Assembly: GCF_000737315.1 (NCBI RefSeq)
Contig: NZ_JMCB01000014.1
Location: 248,001 to 312,000, forward strand
Length of the DNA: 64,000 nucleotides
Source: Hyalangium minutum
GTDB lineage: Bacteria; Myxococcota; Myxococcia; Myxococcales; Myxococcaceae
Direction of reading: 5' to 3'
The translations under genes were made by a program, and so were the position numbers. This document shows, piece after piece, positions 1 to 9,086 of the stretch (positions within the stretch are counted from its first letter, which is position 1; every line of letters begins with the position of its first letter). A model generated the notes under the pieces. The model was not told the DNA's origin, searched no databases, and saw only the letters and a list, made by a program, of their open reading frames with translations.

Positions 1-1
1 G

Positions 2-91
2 CAGGACTGGCAGGGCGAGTACGCGCTCGTGCGCGGCTTCGATGGCCGCGACTGGGGTTGGACCTCGCGCGCCAACCTTCGCTTTCGCTGA
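2..91 (+). CDS. 3' end of a CDS entering the window; SH3-like tail (partial)
   Basis: Frame 2 reads QDWQGEYALVRGFDGRDWGWTSRANLRFR-stop with GC3-rich codons. The W..V....G..GW....L pattern resembles bacterial SH3 domains. Confidence 0.35.
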   Translation, partial: QDWQGEYALVRGFDGRDWGWTSRANLRFR

Positions 92-138
92 TGGGTTTCT
101 GCTAAGTCGGGACGGAACGCTTCAGGGGGCCCAAGAGC

Positions 139-1143
139 ATGGCGACGAAGAATCGGGAACCGCAGCCCATCGACGAATACCTGGCGAGCGTAAGTGACCC
201 GGTGGCGAGGAAGACGCTCGGGGAGCTGCGCCTGCAGCTCCGGAAGCTGCTTCCAGGGGCCGTCGAGACGATCAGCTACCGGATGCCCGCCTTCAAGGTC
301 GATGGGGACGTCGTGGCGGGCTTCGCGTTCTTCAAGAACCACTGTGGCTACTACCCGTTCAGCGGCGGTGTGGTACCGACACTGAAATCGGAGCTGGAGG
401 GGTACTCCACGTCGAAGAGCGGCGTCACCTTCCGGCCCGACACGCCGCTGCCGGCGAAGCTGGTGAAGCGGCTGGTGCAGGCACGGCTCGCGGAGATCGC
501 CACAGGCGGGAAGAAGCCCTCGGCCGCGAAGAAAAAGGCGCTCATCACCGAGCGAGTGACAAACAGCGCAGTGAAGGACGCCACCGGACGGGATTGGAAG
601 GCCTGGATGCGCGCCTTGGATGCAGCGGGGGCGGCCGAGCTGAACCACCAGCAGCTCGTCGCGCTCGTGGCCCAGGAGGTGGAATCCGGTTGGTGGCAGC
701 AGTCCATCTCGGTGGCGTATGAGCAAGCTCACGGCAAGCGGGTGGTGGGCGAGACCGCCACGACGGGCTTCCAGGTGGGGGTGGTGCGCACGCTGCCGAT
801 GACCGCCCCCGAGTTGTGGGACCTGCTCACGAAGCAGGAGGAGCGCTGGCTCGGCCCGGGCGCGGCGCTGAAGCTCGAGCCAGGGAAGGAATATGAGGTT
901 CCCAAGAAGCGCGGAGCCCCCGGCGTGCGCGGAGTGCTCCGGGTGGTGAAGCCCGGGCAGCGCCTGCGCATGACGTGGCAGCCCGACGGCTGGAAGAAGC
1001 CGGCCACGTTGCAGCTCACCCTGGTGCCCAAGGCGCGGGGCGCCGCTCTCCACGTGCACATGGAGAAGCTGCCGGACGCAAAGGCTCGGGAGGCCATGCG
1101 CGAGCACTGGTCGAAGCTCCTCGTGAAGCTCGCGGCTGGGTGA
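139..1143 (+). CDS. DUF1801/YdhG-like domain fused to a C-terminal SRPBCC (START-like) domain
   Basis: N-term IDEYLASV...ETISYRMPAFK...GFAFFKNHCGYYPFS is typical of DUF1801. It is followed by AVKDATGRDW..W...LD and an SRPBCC-like LRMTW/LQLTL region. Confidence 0.8.
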   Translation: MATKNREPQPIDEYLASVSDPVARKTLGELRLQLRKLLPGAVETISYRMPAFKVDGDVVAGFAFFKNHCGYYPFSGGVVPTLKSELEGYSTSKSGVTFRPDTPLPAKLVKRLVQARLAEIATGGKKPSAAKKKALITERVTNSAVKDATGRDWKAWMRALDAAGAAELNHQQLVALVAQEVESGWWQQSISVAYEQAHGKRVVGETATTGFQVGVVRTLPMTAPELWDLLTKQEERWLGPGAALKLEPGKEYEVPKKRGAPGVRGVLRVVKPGQRLRMTWQPDGWKKPATLQLTLVPKARGAALHVHMEKLPDAKAREAMREHWSKLLVKLAAG

Positions 1144-1173
1144 GAGGGTTCACGTCAACCTGACGGAGCTGCA

Positions 1174-2094
1174 TCAGGCGGCCTCGGTCGACCTGAGGAT
1201 GGCGAGCGCGGAGTACCAGCCCAACACGGGTCCCGCGCCCGCCCCCAACACAGGGACTGGGAAGTTTCCCAGCTCGGTGACGGCAAAGGTTGCCACGAGG
1301 TAGACAGCGAGCGCCGTCGCCACCGGCGCGCTCTCGCTGCGAGCCCTGTGCAACCACACCGAGCCGTGAACCAGGGGGACGAAGAGACATCCCACAGCCA
1401 AGAGCGCAGCGAGGAGCCACGGAAGCCCCTGTGCACTGGCCAGATGGAGGATGCGCTCGACATGGGGCACCGCGCCCAGCGGATCGGGCCGCAGCCAGGT
1501 GAGGATGGCTCCCAGACAGGTGACCATGATGCCCGCGAGCCGCCAGCCGATGGCGACGGAATGTGTCGCGACAAAGAGGGCGATGGTGCCAGCACTGAAC
1601 GCGATCGCCTGCCCCGCATCGGGCTGGGCGAAGTGGAGCACCTGAGTCACCGTGGCAACGCTGAGCGCCAGGACGGGGCGCGCTCGAGCCAGGAAGACGC
1701 CGACAGAAAGCAGGAGCCATGGCGTGACGGCTGTCGATGCGTTCAGCCGCAGGGGCCCGACGACGAGCCAGCGCTTCACTCCCTCCAGTCCGGGAAACAG
1801 GAGCGTCGCGGCGAGCAGGAGCAGGGCCACGGCGCCCGCCACCCATGACGGACGCACCTGCACTCTCGAGGAGCGGTGGCCCCACCAAGCTGCCAACATC
1901 AGACCCAGCGCGGCGGCCACGGCATTGATGGCGAAGACTTTTGGGGCGACTCCATGAGCCGAAGCCACCCTGCCGCCGACGAGGATGGCCAGGAACGGCA
2001 GGACTCCCGCCGTGCTCAGACGCAGGGAGATGTTCATCCGGAAGTGTTCGTTGCTGACGATGGGTTGCTCAGGAAGACGCGGATTCGAAGCCAT
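1174..2094 (-). CDS. Polytopic membrane protein, divergent FtsW/RodA/SpoVE (SEDS)-like
   Basis: About 9 hydrophobic segments. GVKRWLVVGPLRLNAS and QPDAGQA resemble the SEDS motifs GA.RW..LG...QPSE and QPDLG. ATG at 2094 has GGGAG upstream; the ORF-track extension to 2226 is probably non-coding. Confidence 0.6.
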   Translation of the reverse strand: MASNPRLPEQPIVSNEHFRMNISLRLSTAGVLPFLAILVGGRVASAHGVAPKVFAINAVAAALGLMLAAWWGHRSSRVQVRPSWVAGAVALLLLAATLLFPGLEGVKRWLVVGPLRLNASTAVTPWLLLSVGVFLARARPVLALSVATVTQVLHFAQPDAGQAIAFSAGTIALFVATHSVAIGWRLAGIMVTCLGAILTWLRPDPLGAVPHVERILHLASAQGLPWLLAALLAVGCLFVPLVHGSVWLHRARSESAPVATALAVYLVATFAVTELGNFPVPVLGAGAGPVLGWYSALAILRSTEAA

Positions 2095-2283
2095 GGTGTG
2101 CTCCCGTGGATGACGGGTGCGGCCGCCGCTCGGCATGGTATCTGAGTTCAGCGATGTGGTGTGTGCCTGTAGGGCACTGCACGGCCTCTCCACACAGCCT
2201 CGATCCGACTTACGGATGATCCGCAACTTGCAGCCCTTGAGGGCGATAACCTCCCCACGGTCTCATTTTACGAGGTTTTCGAA

Positions 2284-3414
2284 ATGCGGGTCTCCTCCGC
2301 CGCACGCAGCACCTTCTCCGCAGCAAGTTCCCCTTCGCAGCCCACCCTGAAGCTCGGCTCGTCCGGCGCGGCGGTGAAGGCCCTGCAGCAGGCGCTGGCC
2401 AACGCGGGCTTTTCGCCGGGCGCGGCCGATGGCCAGTTCGGTCCGAAGACGGCCGCGGCGGTGAAGGCCTTCCAGAACGCGAAGGGCCTCGTCGCCGATG
2501 GCGTCGTCGGGCCCAAGACGTGGGCCAAGCTGACCGCGGCTCCCTCGGGCGGCGCGACCCCCACGCTCAAGCAGGGGGCAACGGGTCCCTCCGTCACCAA
2601 CCTGCAGAATCGCCTCGCCCAGCACGGCTTCAACCCGGGCGCGGCCGACGGCCAGTTCGGTCCGAAGACCACCGCGGCCGTGAAGGCCTTCCAGAGCGCG
2701 AAGGGCCTCGCCGCCGACGGTGTCGTCGGGCCGAAGACGTGGGCCGCGCTAAATGCCGCGCCGACATCTTCGGCTCCGGGCGGTAGCGGACCCACGCTCA
2801 AGCAGGGCCACAGTGGCGCTCCGGTGGCCGCGCTTCAGAACCGGCTCAATCAGCTCGGCTTCAATGCCGGTGCGGCGGATGGCCAGTTCGGTCCGAAGAC
2901 CACCGCAGCGGTGAAGGCGTTCCAGCGCGCGAAGGGCCTGACCGCCGATGGCGTCGTCGGGCCGAAGACCTGGAACCAGCTCGGCATCACGGTGAGCGGC
3001 ACGCCCTCGACTCCCCCCAGCACCGGTGGCGTGCGCGGCAGCTCCGCTCTCGCCAACAACGCCCGCTCGGTGGCGATGAGCATGGGCGGCTACTCGAGCC
3101 AGGGCCTCTGCGCCACGGGCGTGAGCCGCGCCATTCAGAACACCTATGGCATCAAGGTGTGGGGCGACGGCAACGATATCGACAACAACCTGCCGAGGGA
3201 CAAGTTCAAGCAGGTGAACCTGTCGCTCGCCGAAGCGCTGAAGATCCCCGGCCTCATCCTCACCTGGGAGAAGACCTCCACCCGCCTTGGCAGCATCTAC
3301 GGCCACACCGCCATCACCTCGGGCGATGGCCGCAGCTCCTACAGCGACTTCGTGGAGAGCAACACCCTGGGCGTGGGCGGCCGCAGCGGCTTCAAGGTCT
3401 TCATGCCGATCTAG
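2284..3414 (+). CDS. Peptidoglycan-binding protein (3 PGBD repeats) with C-terminal CHAP/NlpC-like Cys-His domain
   Basis: Three copies of PTLK.G..G..V..LQ..L...GF.PGAADGQFGPKT.AAVKAFQ.AKGL.ADGVVGPKTW. The C-terminal domain has LCATGV and YGHTAI. Confidence 0.9.
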   Translation: MRVSSAARSTFSAASSPSQPTLKLGSSGAAVKALQQALANAGFSPGAADGQFGPKTAAAVKAFQNAKGLVADGVVGPKTWAKLTAAPSGGATPTLKQGATGPSVTNLQNRLAQHGFNPGAADGQFGPKTTAAVKAFQSAKGLAADGVVGPKTWAALNAAPTSSAPGGSGPTLKQGHSGAPVAALQNRLNQLGFNAGAADGQFGPKTTAAVKAFQRAKGLTADGVVGPKTWNQLGITVSGTPSTPPSTGGVRGSSALANNARSVAMSMGGYSSQGLCATGVSRAIQNTYGIKVWGDGNDIDNNLPRDKFKQVNLSLAEALKIPGLILTWEKTSTRLGSIYGHTAITSGDGRSSYSDFVESNTLGVGGRSGFKVFMPI

Positions 3415-3475
3415 GTTTTCGACGGAAAGCCACGGCCCGGTCACACAGCAGCGTGCCCGGGCCGCGCTGGGGCGC

Positions 3476-5200
3476 TCAGCAGCAGCGATGCTGGGGCCGG
3501 AAGGAGCTCAGGGCCAGGGGCTTCGTCGAGGAAGCGAGGCGCCGGAGCGCGGGGGCGCGCATCTCCTTCTGGCGGTGGTAGATCGTGGTCCCCCCTTTGA
3601 TGGTCTCCCAGACATACAGGCCCCGCAGCACGTCCGTGGACACGGTGAGCGGGTTGTCTGACAGCACCACCAGATCCGCCAGCTTGCCCGGCTCCAGCGT
3701 GCCCTTCTCTTTCTCCTCAAAGTTCTGGTAGGCGGCCCAGGCGGTCACCGCCTTGAGCGCCTCCAGCGGCGTTGCGCATTGCTTGGGGCCCAGCACCTGC
3801 CCGCTGCGCGTGGTGCGAGCCACGGCACTCCACACGAGCGGCAGGATGTCCGGAGGCACGACCGGCGAGTCATTGTGAATCGTGTAGATCATCCCCCGCT
3901 CCGTGGTGGAGCGCAGGGGCGAGATGCGCTTGGCGCGCCACTCTCCCAGCGTCTCGTCCCGGTGCCAGTCGCCCCAGTAGAAGGTATGCGACACGAAGTA
4001 GGTGGGAATGATGCCCAGTTCCTTCATCCGGTCCAGCTGATCCTCCCGCACCGTCTGCGCATGCACCATCACCGGGCGCCGGTCGGCCGACGGGAAGTTC
4101 TGGTTCGCGCGCGCGATGGCCTCCAACATCATGTCCGCGGCGGCGTCCCCGTTGCAGTGGATGTGCAGCTGCCAGCCCCTATTGAAGGCCTTGTCCACCT
4201 CGTCGTTGAGCTTCTGCTGGCTCATGATGGGGGCCCCTTGGTAGGTGGCATCCTTGCCCGTGGGGGGAACAATGTAGGGCTCTCGGAGGAACGCCGTCTT
4301 CCCCTGAGGCGAGCCGTCCTGGGTAATCTTCACGCCGCCTACCTTGAAGTGGCCGACGTACTCCTTGCGAGGCAGGCCCGGGAGCGCGTCGATCTCCTCG
4401 GCGAACGTCCACTTCGGGAACGCGAGCACGTCCAGGAAGAGCACCTGTTCGGAAGCGGCGTACTGCAGCAGCTTGATCGAGTCCGTGTCCGAGATGCCAT
4501 CCTCCACGGTCGTGATGCCCAGGCTCGCGTAGCGCTGCTGCACCTCCGTCAGCGTCTTCAGCAGCTCTTCCAGGTTGGGCTTGGGCAGCAGCTTATGGAA
4601 GGCCTCGACGGCCGTCTCTTCCACCACGCCCGTGGGCTCGCCTTTCCCGTCTACCCGGATGGCCCCACCCTCCGGAGCGGAATCCTTATCCACGTAGCCC
4701 ACCGCCTTGAGCAGCGGGGTGTTGTACACCGCGAGATGCGCCGAGGTGTGCACGATGCAGATGAGGTGCTGTTCGGAGACCTGATTCAACTCTTCTTTCG
4801 TGGGGTGCCGCTTCTCCTCCAGCAACGAGTCGTCATACCCGCTGGCGAGCACGAGCGTGCCCTGGGGAATCTTCTTGTCTGCGATGTACTTCCCCAGCGC
4901 ATCGAGGATGTCGGAGATCTTCTGGATGGGACCGGCGGGCGGTGGTGCCAGATTCGGGGTCCCCCAATAAAGGATCCAGCCCATCAGGTGACCGTGGGCG
5001 TCGATGAAGCCTGGCATCAGGGTGCGGCCTTTCAGGTCCACCACCTCGGTGCTCTCGCCCACGAGCCCCTGGAGTTCTTCCCAGGAGCCTACCGCGAGGA
5101 TGCGCTCGCCTTGGACTGCCAGTGCCTCCACCTGGGGTTGCGCGTCATTCATGGTGAGAATGGTCCCGCCTCGGTAGATGCGGTCCGCTGTCTGCTGCAT
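3476..5200 (-). CDS. Amidohydrolase family 3 (YtcJ-like) metal-dependent hydrolase
   Basis: DLKGRTLMPGFIDAHGH (HxH), KITQDGSPQGKTA, HCNGD, HAQ, HNDSP, GTLEPGKLADLVVL. Start is 5200 or 5221. Confidence 0.9.
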   Translation of the reverse strand: MQQTADRIYRGGTILTMNDAQPQVEALAVQGERILAVGSWEELQGLVGESTEVVDLKGRTLMPGFIDAHGHLMGWILYWGTPNLAPPPAGPIQKISDILDALGKYIADKKIPQGTLVLASGYDDSLLEEKRHPTKEELNQVSEQHLICIVHTSAHLAVYNTPLLKAVGYVDKDSAPEGGAIRVDGKGEPTGVVEETAVEAFHKLLPKPNLEELLKTLTEVQQRYASLGITTVEDGISDTDSIKLLQYAASEQVLFLDVLAFPKWTFAEEIDALPGLPRKEYVGHFKVGGVKITQDGSPQGKTAFLREPYIVPPTGKDATYQGAPIMSQQKLNDEVDKAFNRGWQLHIHCNGDAAADMMLEAIARANQNFPSADRRPVMVHAQTVREDQLDRMKELGIIPTYFVSHTFYWGDWHRDETLGEWRAKRISPLRSTTERGMIYTIHNDSPVVPPDILPLVWSAVARTTRSGQVLGPKQCATPLEALKAVTAWAAYQNFEEKEKGTLEPGKLADLVVLSDNPLTVSTDVLRGLYVWETIKGGTTIYHRQKEMRAPALRRLASSTKPLALSSFRPQHRCC

Positions 5201-5299
5201 GGAGTTAGGATTCAGGGGCATGGACGCCAGCCTATCCTGATGCGCTGGATTCGTCGCAGGACGTTGAATCAAACCTGCCTTCCAACATCAGACGCGCGC

Positions 5300-5476
5300 G
5301 GTACCCCGCGCTACCGTACGTCCGCGGAGCTGTACGATCCAGCCACGGGGACCTGGAGCCCCGCAGGCTCCATGGCCACGACGCGCGTTTACCCCACGAT
5401 GACCCTGTTGCCGAGCGGCAAGGTGCTCAGCATCGGGGGATCCAAGGACAACTCGGCGGAGCTGTACACACCGTAA
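5300..5476 (+). pseudogene. Orphan 3' fragment of a Kelch-repeat gene
   Basis: [51 protein letters not shown]-stop is about 1.3 Kelch blades. There is no matching 5' part upstream. Confidence 0.7.
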
Positions 5477-5572
5477 CGCGCCTGACGGGGGGCCATGGAG
5501 ACCGACCGGGTGTGCCATGATGCGCGCTCCAGGGGAGAACATGCACGAATCGTCTCAAGGAGAGGCCCTCCC

Positions 5573-6025
5573 ATGACCACTCGCAAGCCACTGCGCAAGC
5601 CTGCGCGAAAGTCCGCTCGCAAGCCCGCTCGCAAGCCCATCGTTCTCACCCCCGGTGGGGGGCGTCAGTATCCGATGGGAAGGATCAGCGCCGTGTTCAA
5701 GGCCGACTGCGACGAGACGGCGCAGGCCTACTCCATCTCCGAATGGTGGCTCGAGCCGAACACCCAGGGCCCCGGTGCGCACTCGCACCCGGAGGATGAT
5801 GTGTTCTTCGTCATCGAAGGCACGATGAGCATCCGGGTCGGGAAGAAGTGGATCGATGCGCCCCCCGGCTCCTTCGTGCTCGTGCCTGGCGGGGTGATCC
5901 ACGATTTCGAGAACCGGAGCCAAAAGCGCGCAGGGATGCTCAACTTCACCCCGGGCGTCTTCGAGCCCGAGATGGAGGGCATCGCCCAGTGGTTCAAGGA
6001 GCATCCCCCGGGTGATGCGCGCTAG
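5573..6025 (+). CDS. Cupin domain protein with basic N-terminal repeat
   Basis: Cupin motif GPGAHSHPEDDVFFVIEG...PGGVIHDFEN. AGGAG lies upstream of ATG 5573. Confidence 0.85.
   Translation: MTTRKPLRKPARKSARKPARKPIVLTPGGGRQYPMGRISAVFKADCDETAQAYSISEWWLEPNTQGPGAHSHPEDDVFFVIEGTMSIRVGKKWIDAPPGSFVLVPGGVIHDFENRSQKRAGMLNFTPGVFEPEMEGIAQWFKEHPPGDAR
5582..5641 (+). repeat. 5 x 12-bp tandem repeat (CGCAAGCCnnnn) encoding RKP(A/L)
   Basis: cgcaagccactg cgcaagcctgcg cgaaagtccgct cgcaagcccgct cgcaagcccatc. Confidence 0.75.
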
Positions 6026-6277
6026 AGGGACCCGAGTCCGATGGGACGCGCCGGCGGGCTCGCTGGTGGTCATCAACATCGCGGGCGGCTCAGCCACGTT
6101 CACAGGGTTCGGGCACACGTTCAGCGGGGGGCATCGACCAACAGGCGCAGCGCCGTCAGCGCGGAACGGAATGCCTTGCGCAGCACCCCTGCCGGGCCCA
6201 CTCGCGAGGCCCTGAAATTTGACACATTCAAAGAGCGCTTGCATAACCAATCATTGGCCTGAAAAAGGGGTGTTGTC

Positions 6278-8215
6278 TTGTCATGCTCCAGTCGCGCGCG
6301 CTCTGGCAAACTGTTCCACCGGTTCTGTGTTGCCACTCTTTTCTTGATAGGGATTGCTGGCTGTAGCTCTTCCCAGCCACAGGAGAGCAGCTCTATCCAG
6401 GTGCTGAGCACCCTCCAGCAGGCCGCTGTCGCGGACCAGATCTCCCACGTTTCCCTCTCCATCTCCGCACCAGACATGGCAGAGCGCATCTTTGCGCTCG
6501 ACAGGACTGGCAATACCTGGGGCAGCCTCATCCACCTGCTCCCAGCGGGCCCCGATCGCACCTTCGTCGCCTCCGCCTATGCCGCGGACGGCACCCTCCT
6601 CTTCCAGGGGAGCGTCTCCGGCGTCACCCTCATCGCGGGGCAGACCACGCTCGTCTCCATCACGCTCCAGCAGGTCAACCCGCCTGACACCTATGAGAAC
6701 TCTGCGCCCGTCATTACCTCCCTGATTGCCTCTCCCAGTACCGTCTCTCCAGGGGGCACAGTCTCTCTGTCTGCGGCGGCCGTGGACGCAGACGGAGACA
6801 CTCTCTCCTACGCATGGAGCGCCGCAGCTGGCACTTTCTCTTCAGCCTCCAGCGCCTCCACCACCTGGACCGCCCCCTCCCAGCCCGGCGCCTATACCCT
6901 CACCCTCACGGTCACGGACTCCCGAGAGGCCACGGCCACTGCCCAGGTGACCCTCAACGTGCGCGCCGCCACCGGCAGCGCCGCCGTCAACGTCTCCTTC
7001 AATACCTGGCCCCAAGTGACTCGCATGACCGCCTCCTCCAACCCCGTGCAGGTGGGGCACTCCACCGCTGTCTCCGTCACCGCCTCGGATGCGGATGGGG
7101 ACACGCTCTCCTATGCCTGGAGTGCCAGTTGCCAGGGCTCTTTCAGCAACGCTTCCTCGGCCACTGCTCAGTTCACGCCGTCCGCCCTCCCGGCCACCAA
7201 CACCTGCCCCAACTGCACTCTCTCCGTGCAGGTAATGGATGGCCGCGGCGGGAGCACCACTGGCACGTACTCGCTCTGCATCGGCGCACAGACCTCGCCC
7301 CAGCTGGCCCCCGTGTTGACCGATGCCTTCCAGTCCGTTTCCACCGTGGCCGGAGGCGGGACTGTTGTCCTGCACGCGGCTGCGCAGGATCCGCAGAACA
7401 GCGCGCTCACCTTCTCCTGGCAGGCCAGCGCTGGCACCCTCGGAGCCGCCAGCAACGCCGCCAATACCAGCCAGGTGCTGTGGACCGCGCCGAGCTGCGC
7501 GGCAGCAGGCTCGCCTCCCACGATGACGGTGACGGTGACCAATGTCTTCGGCCTCTCAGACTCCTTCATCTTCTCCGTGACGGTGAGCGAGACGTGCTCC
7601 GAGCAGATCGTCTACGCCGACACCAGCTTGACCGCGTGTCCTGAAGGCCAGGAGCTGAGCTACTTCTATTGCGCCCTTATGGGCGACCGGCTTGAGTCGC
7701 ACGCCGGCACCTGGTGCGGCGCAGCGGAGCAAGACCTCCTCAACGCCAACCTCACGGATCCCAACCCATGGCGAATTCCGTACTTGCTGGAGCAATGCAC
7801 CCCCGGGGTCTCATGGTCGTACTCTCACGCTTTCCCAGACGGCTCGCGCTTTTACAGTCCCCCTTACCGAGGTATCAACATGGTGTGTCATGTACCTCCC
7901 CCTCGGCGGATCGTCTACACCGACACCAACCTGACGGCGTGTCCTGACGGCCAGTCATTGCTCTACTTCTACACGGACTGGATCGGACTGGGTGATATCC
8001 CCGACGCCCGCGCCAGCACATGGTGCGGCTCAGTTGAGCAAGGACTGCTCTGGTCTAACACCCATGACCCGGTCCAATGGCATGTCCCCTATCTAGTGGA
8101 GCACTGCACTCCCGGGGTCTCATGGTCGTACTCTCACGCCTTCCAAGACGGCTCGCGCTATCACAGCCCTCCCAACCGAAACATCAACATGGTGTGTCAG
8201 CTCTCTCTGCCGTAG
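6278..8215 (+). CDS. Lipoprotein with three PKD/Ig-like repeats and a duplicated C-terminal Cys-rich domain
   Basis: Lipobox IAGC; D.DGDTLSYAW-type repeats; two ~100-aa homologous C-terminal units, each with 4 conserved Cys. TTG start is uncertain. Confidence 0.8.
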   Translation: MSCSSRARSGKLFHRFCVATLFLIGIAGCSSSQPQESSSIQVLSTLQQAAVADQISHVSLSISAPDMAERIFALDRTGNTWGSLIHLLPAGPDRTFVASAYAADGTLLFQGSVSGVTLIAGQTTLVSITLQQVNPPDTYENSAPVITSLIASPSTVSPGGTVSLSAAAVDADGDTLSYAWSAAAGTFSSASSASTTWTAPSQPGAYTLTLTVTDSREATATAQVTLNVRAATGSAAVNVSFNTWPQVTRMTASSNPVQVGHSTAVSVTASDADGDTLSYAWSASCQGSFSNASSATAQFTPSALPATNTCPNCTLSVQVMDGRGGSTTGTYSLCIGAQTSPQLAPVLTDAFQSVSTVAGGGTVVLHAAAQDPQNSALTFSWQASAGTLGAASNAANTSQVLWTAPSCAAAGSPPTMTVTVTNVFGLSDSFIFSVTVSETCSEQIVYADTSLTACPEGQELSYFYCALMGDRLESHAGTWCGAAEQDLLNANLTDPNPWRIPYLLEQCTPGVSWSYSHAFPDGSRFYSPPYRGINMVCHVPPPRRIVYTDTNLTACPDGQSLLYFYTDWIGLGDIPDARASTWCGSVEQGLLWSNTHDPVQWHVPYLVEHCTPGVSWSYSHAFQDGSRYHSPPNRNINMVCQLSLP

Positions 8216-8270
8216 GCCCTACTCCTCGGCAGGAGAGGGTTGGCGTCAGCAGGCGCCCCAGGAGATACCG

Positions 8271-8912
8271 ATGAGCGATCTTGAGCCACCGATGGCGTGG
8301 GAGCTTCACAGCAACGAAGGCCCTCGCGGCGACGTGACCTGGCTCGGCGGCGCCCAGCTCGACCTGAACACCGGCCCGGGGTTGAAGGGGTTGCTCGAGG
8401 GCGAGCTCGCGCCGCTGCTGGCGGCGCCGGAGGTCGGCGCCTCTCTCGCCGCGTACTTCGAGCGGTTGCGGGTGACATCGGGCGGGGCGGTCTGGGCCAA
8501 GCCGGTACCGCGCCAGATCGTGCTCGAGACGCTCTACGATGACTACAAGCGCAACACGTTCCCGGAGGACCTGACGCCAGAGACGCTCCTGGCCGCGACG
8601 CTGGCGGGCACGGTGGTGTGGACGACCACGCGCCAGTCCGTGCCTGGGGCCGAGCCGACCTACAAGGCTGGCGGACAGCTCGGTGGCAAGGAGCACTGGC
8701 TGACCCTCGGCGCCAAAGCCGGCAACGCGCGCCACCTGGTTCTCGCGATCACGACCGGCCCGGCCGACCCGCCGCGCGTCATCGAGCAGCGTGACGGCTT
8801 CTTCCGCAAGTCGGCTCTCGGCAAGCTGCTCGCGCACTTGCGCGGCGGCAGCAGCCCGAAGCGCGAGCCGCGGCTGCCGACGCGTGCCGACGGTGGCGGG
8901 CGAAACGCGTAG
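8271..8912 (+). CDS. Hypothetical protein
   Basis: 213-aa ORF with strong GC3 bias and GGAG upstream of the ATG. No family recognised. Confidence 0.6.
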   Translation: MSDLEPPMAWELHSNEGPRGDVTWLGGAQLDLNTGPGLKGLLEGELAPLLAAPEVGASLAAYFERLRVTSGGAVWAKPVPRQIVLETLYDDYKRNTFPEDLTPETLLAATLAGTVVWTTTRQSVPGAEPTYKAGGQLGGKEHWLTLGAKAGNARHLVLAITTGPADPPRVIEQRDGFFRKSALGKLLAHLRGGSSPKREPRLPTRADGGGRNA

Positions 8913-9086
8913 CACGCTGGCCCCTGGCGCCGGCCACGTCCGCTGACTCAGAAATTCGTGGCCCACGGGTCATGGCTGGCAGCCCTGCCCCTGCTTCGCG
9001 TGTCCCCTGCGCCTGCGTCTCGGACGGTGGCGGCTGGCTGGCAAAGCCCTTGCTAGTCCATGGAGCGTCCAAACAAGGGGAACTCC

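Noticed and set aside
3779-5299. Long antisense/overlapping ORFs (e.g. 3779+, 8970-, 18626+, 20624-, 29787+, 34023+, 49530-, 55808+, 60681-)
   Set aside because: Stop-poor shadows of real genes in a high-GC genome; no recognisable domains except the Kelch tail noted separately.
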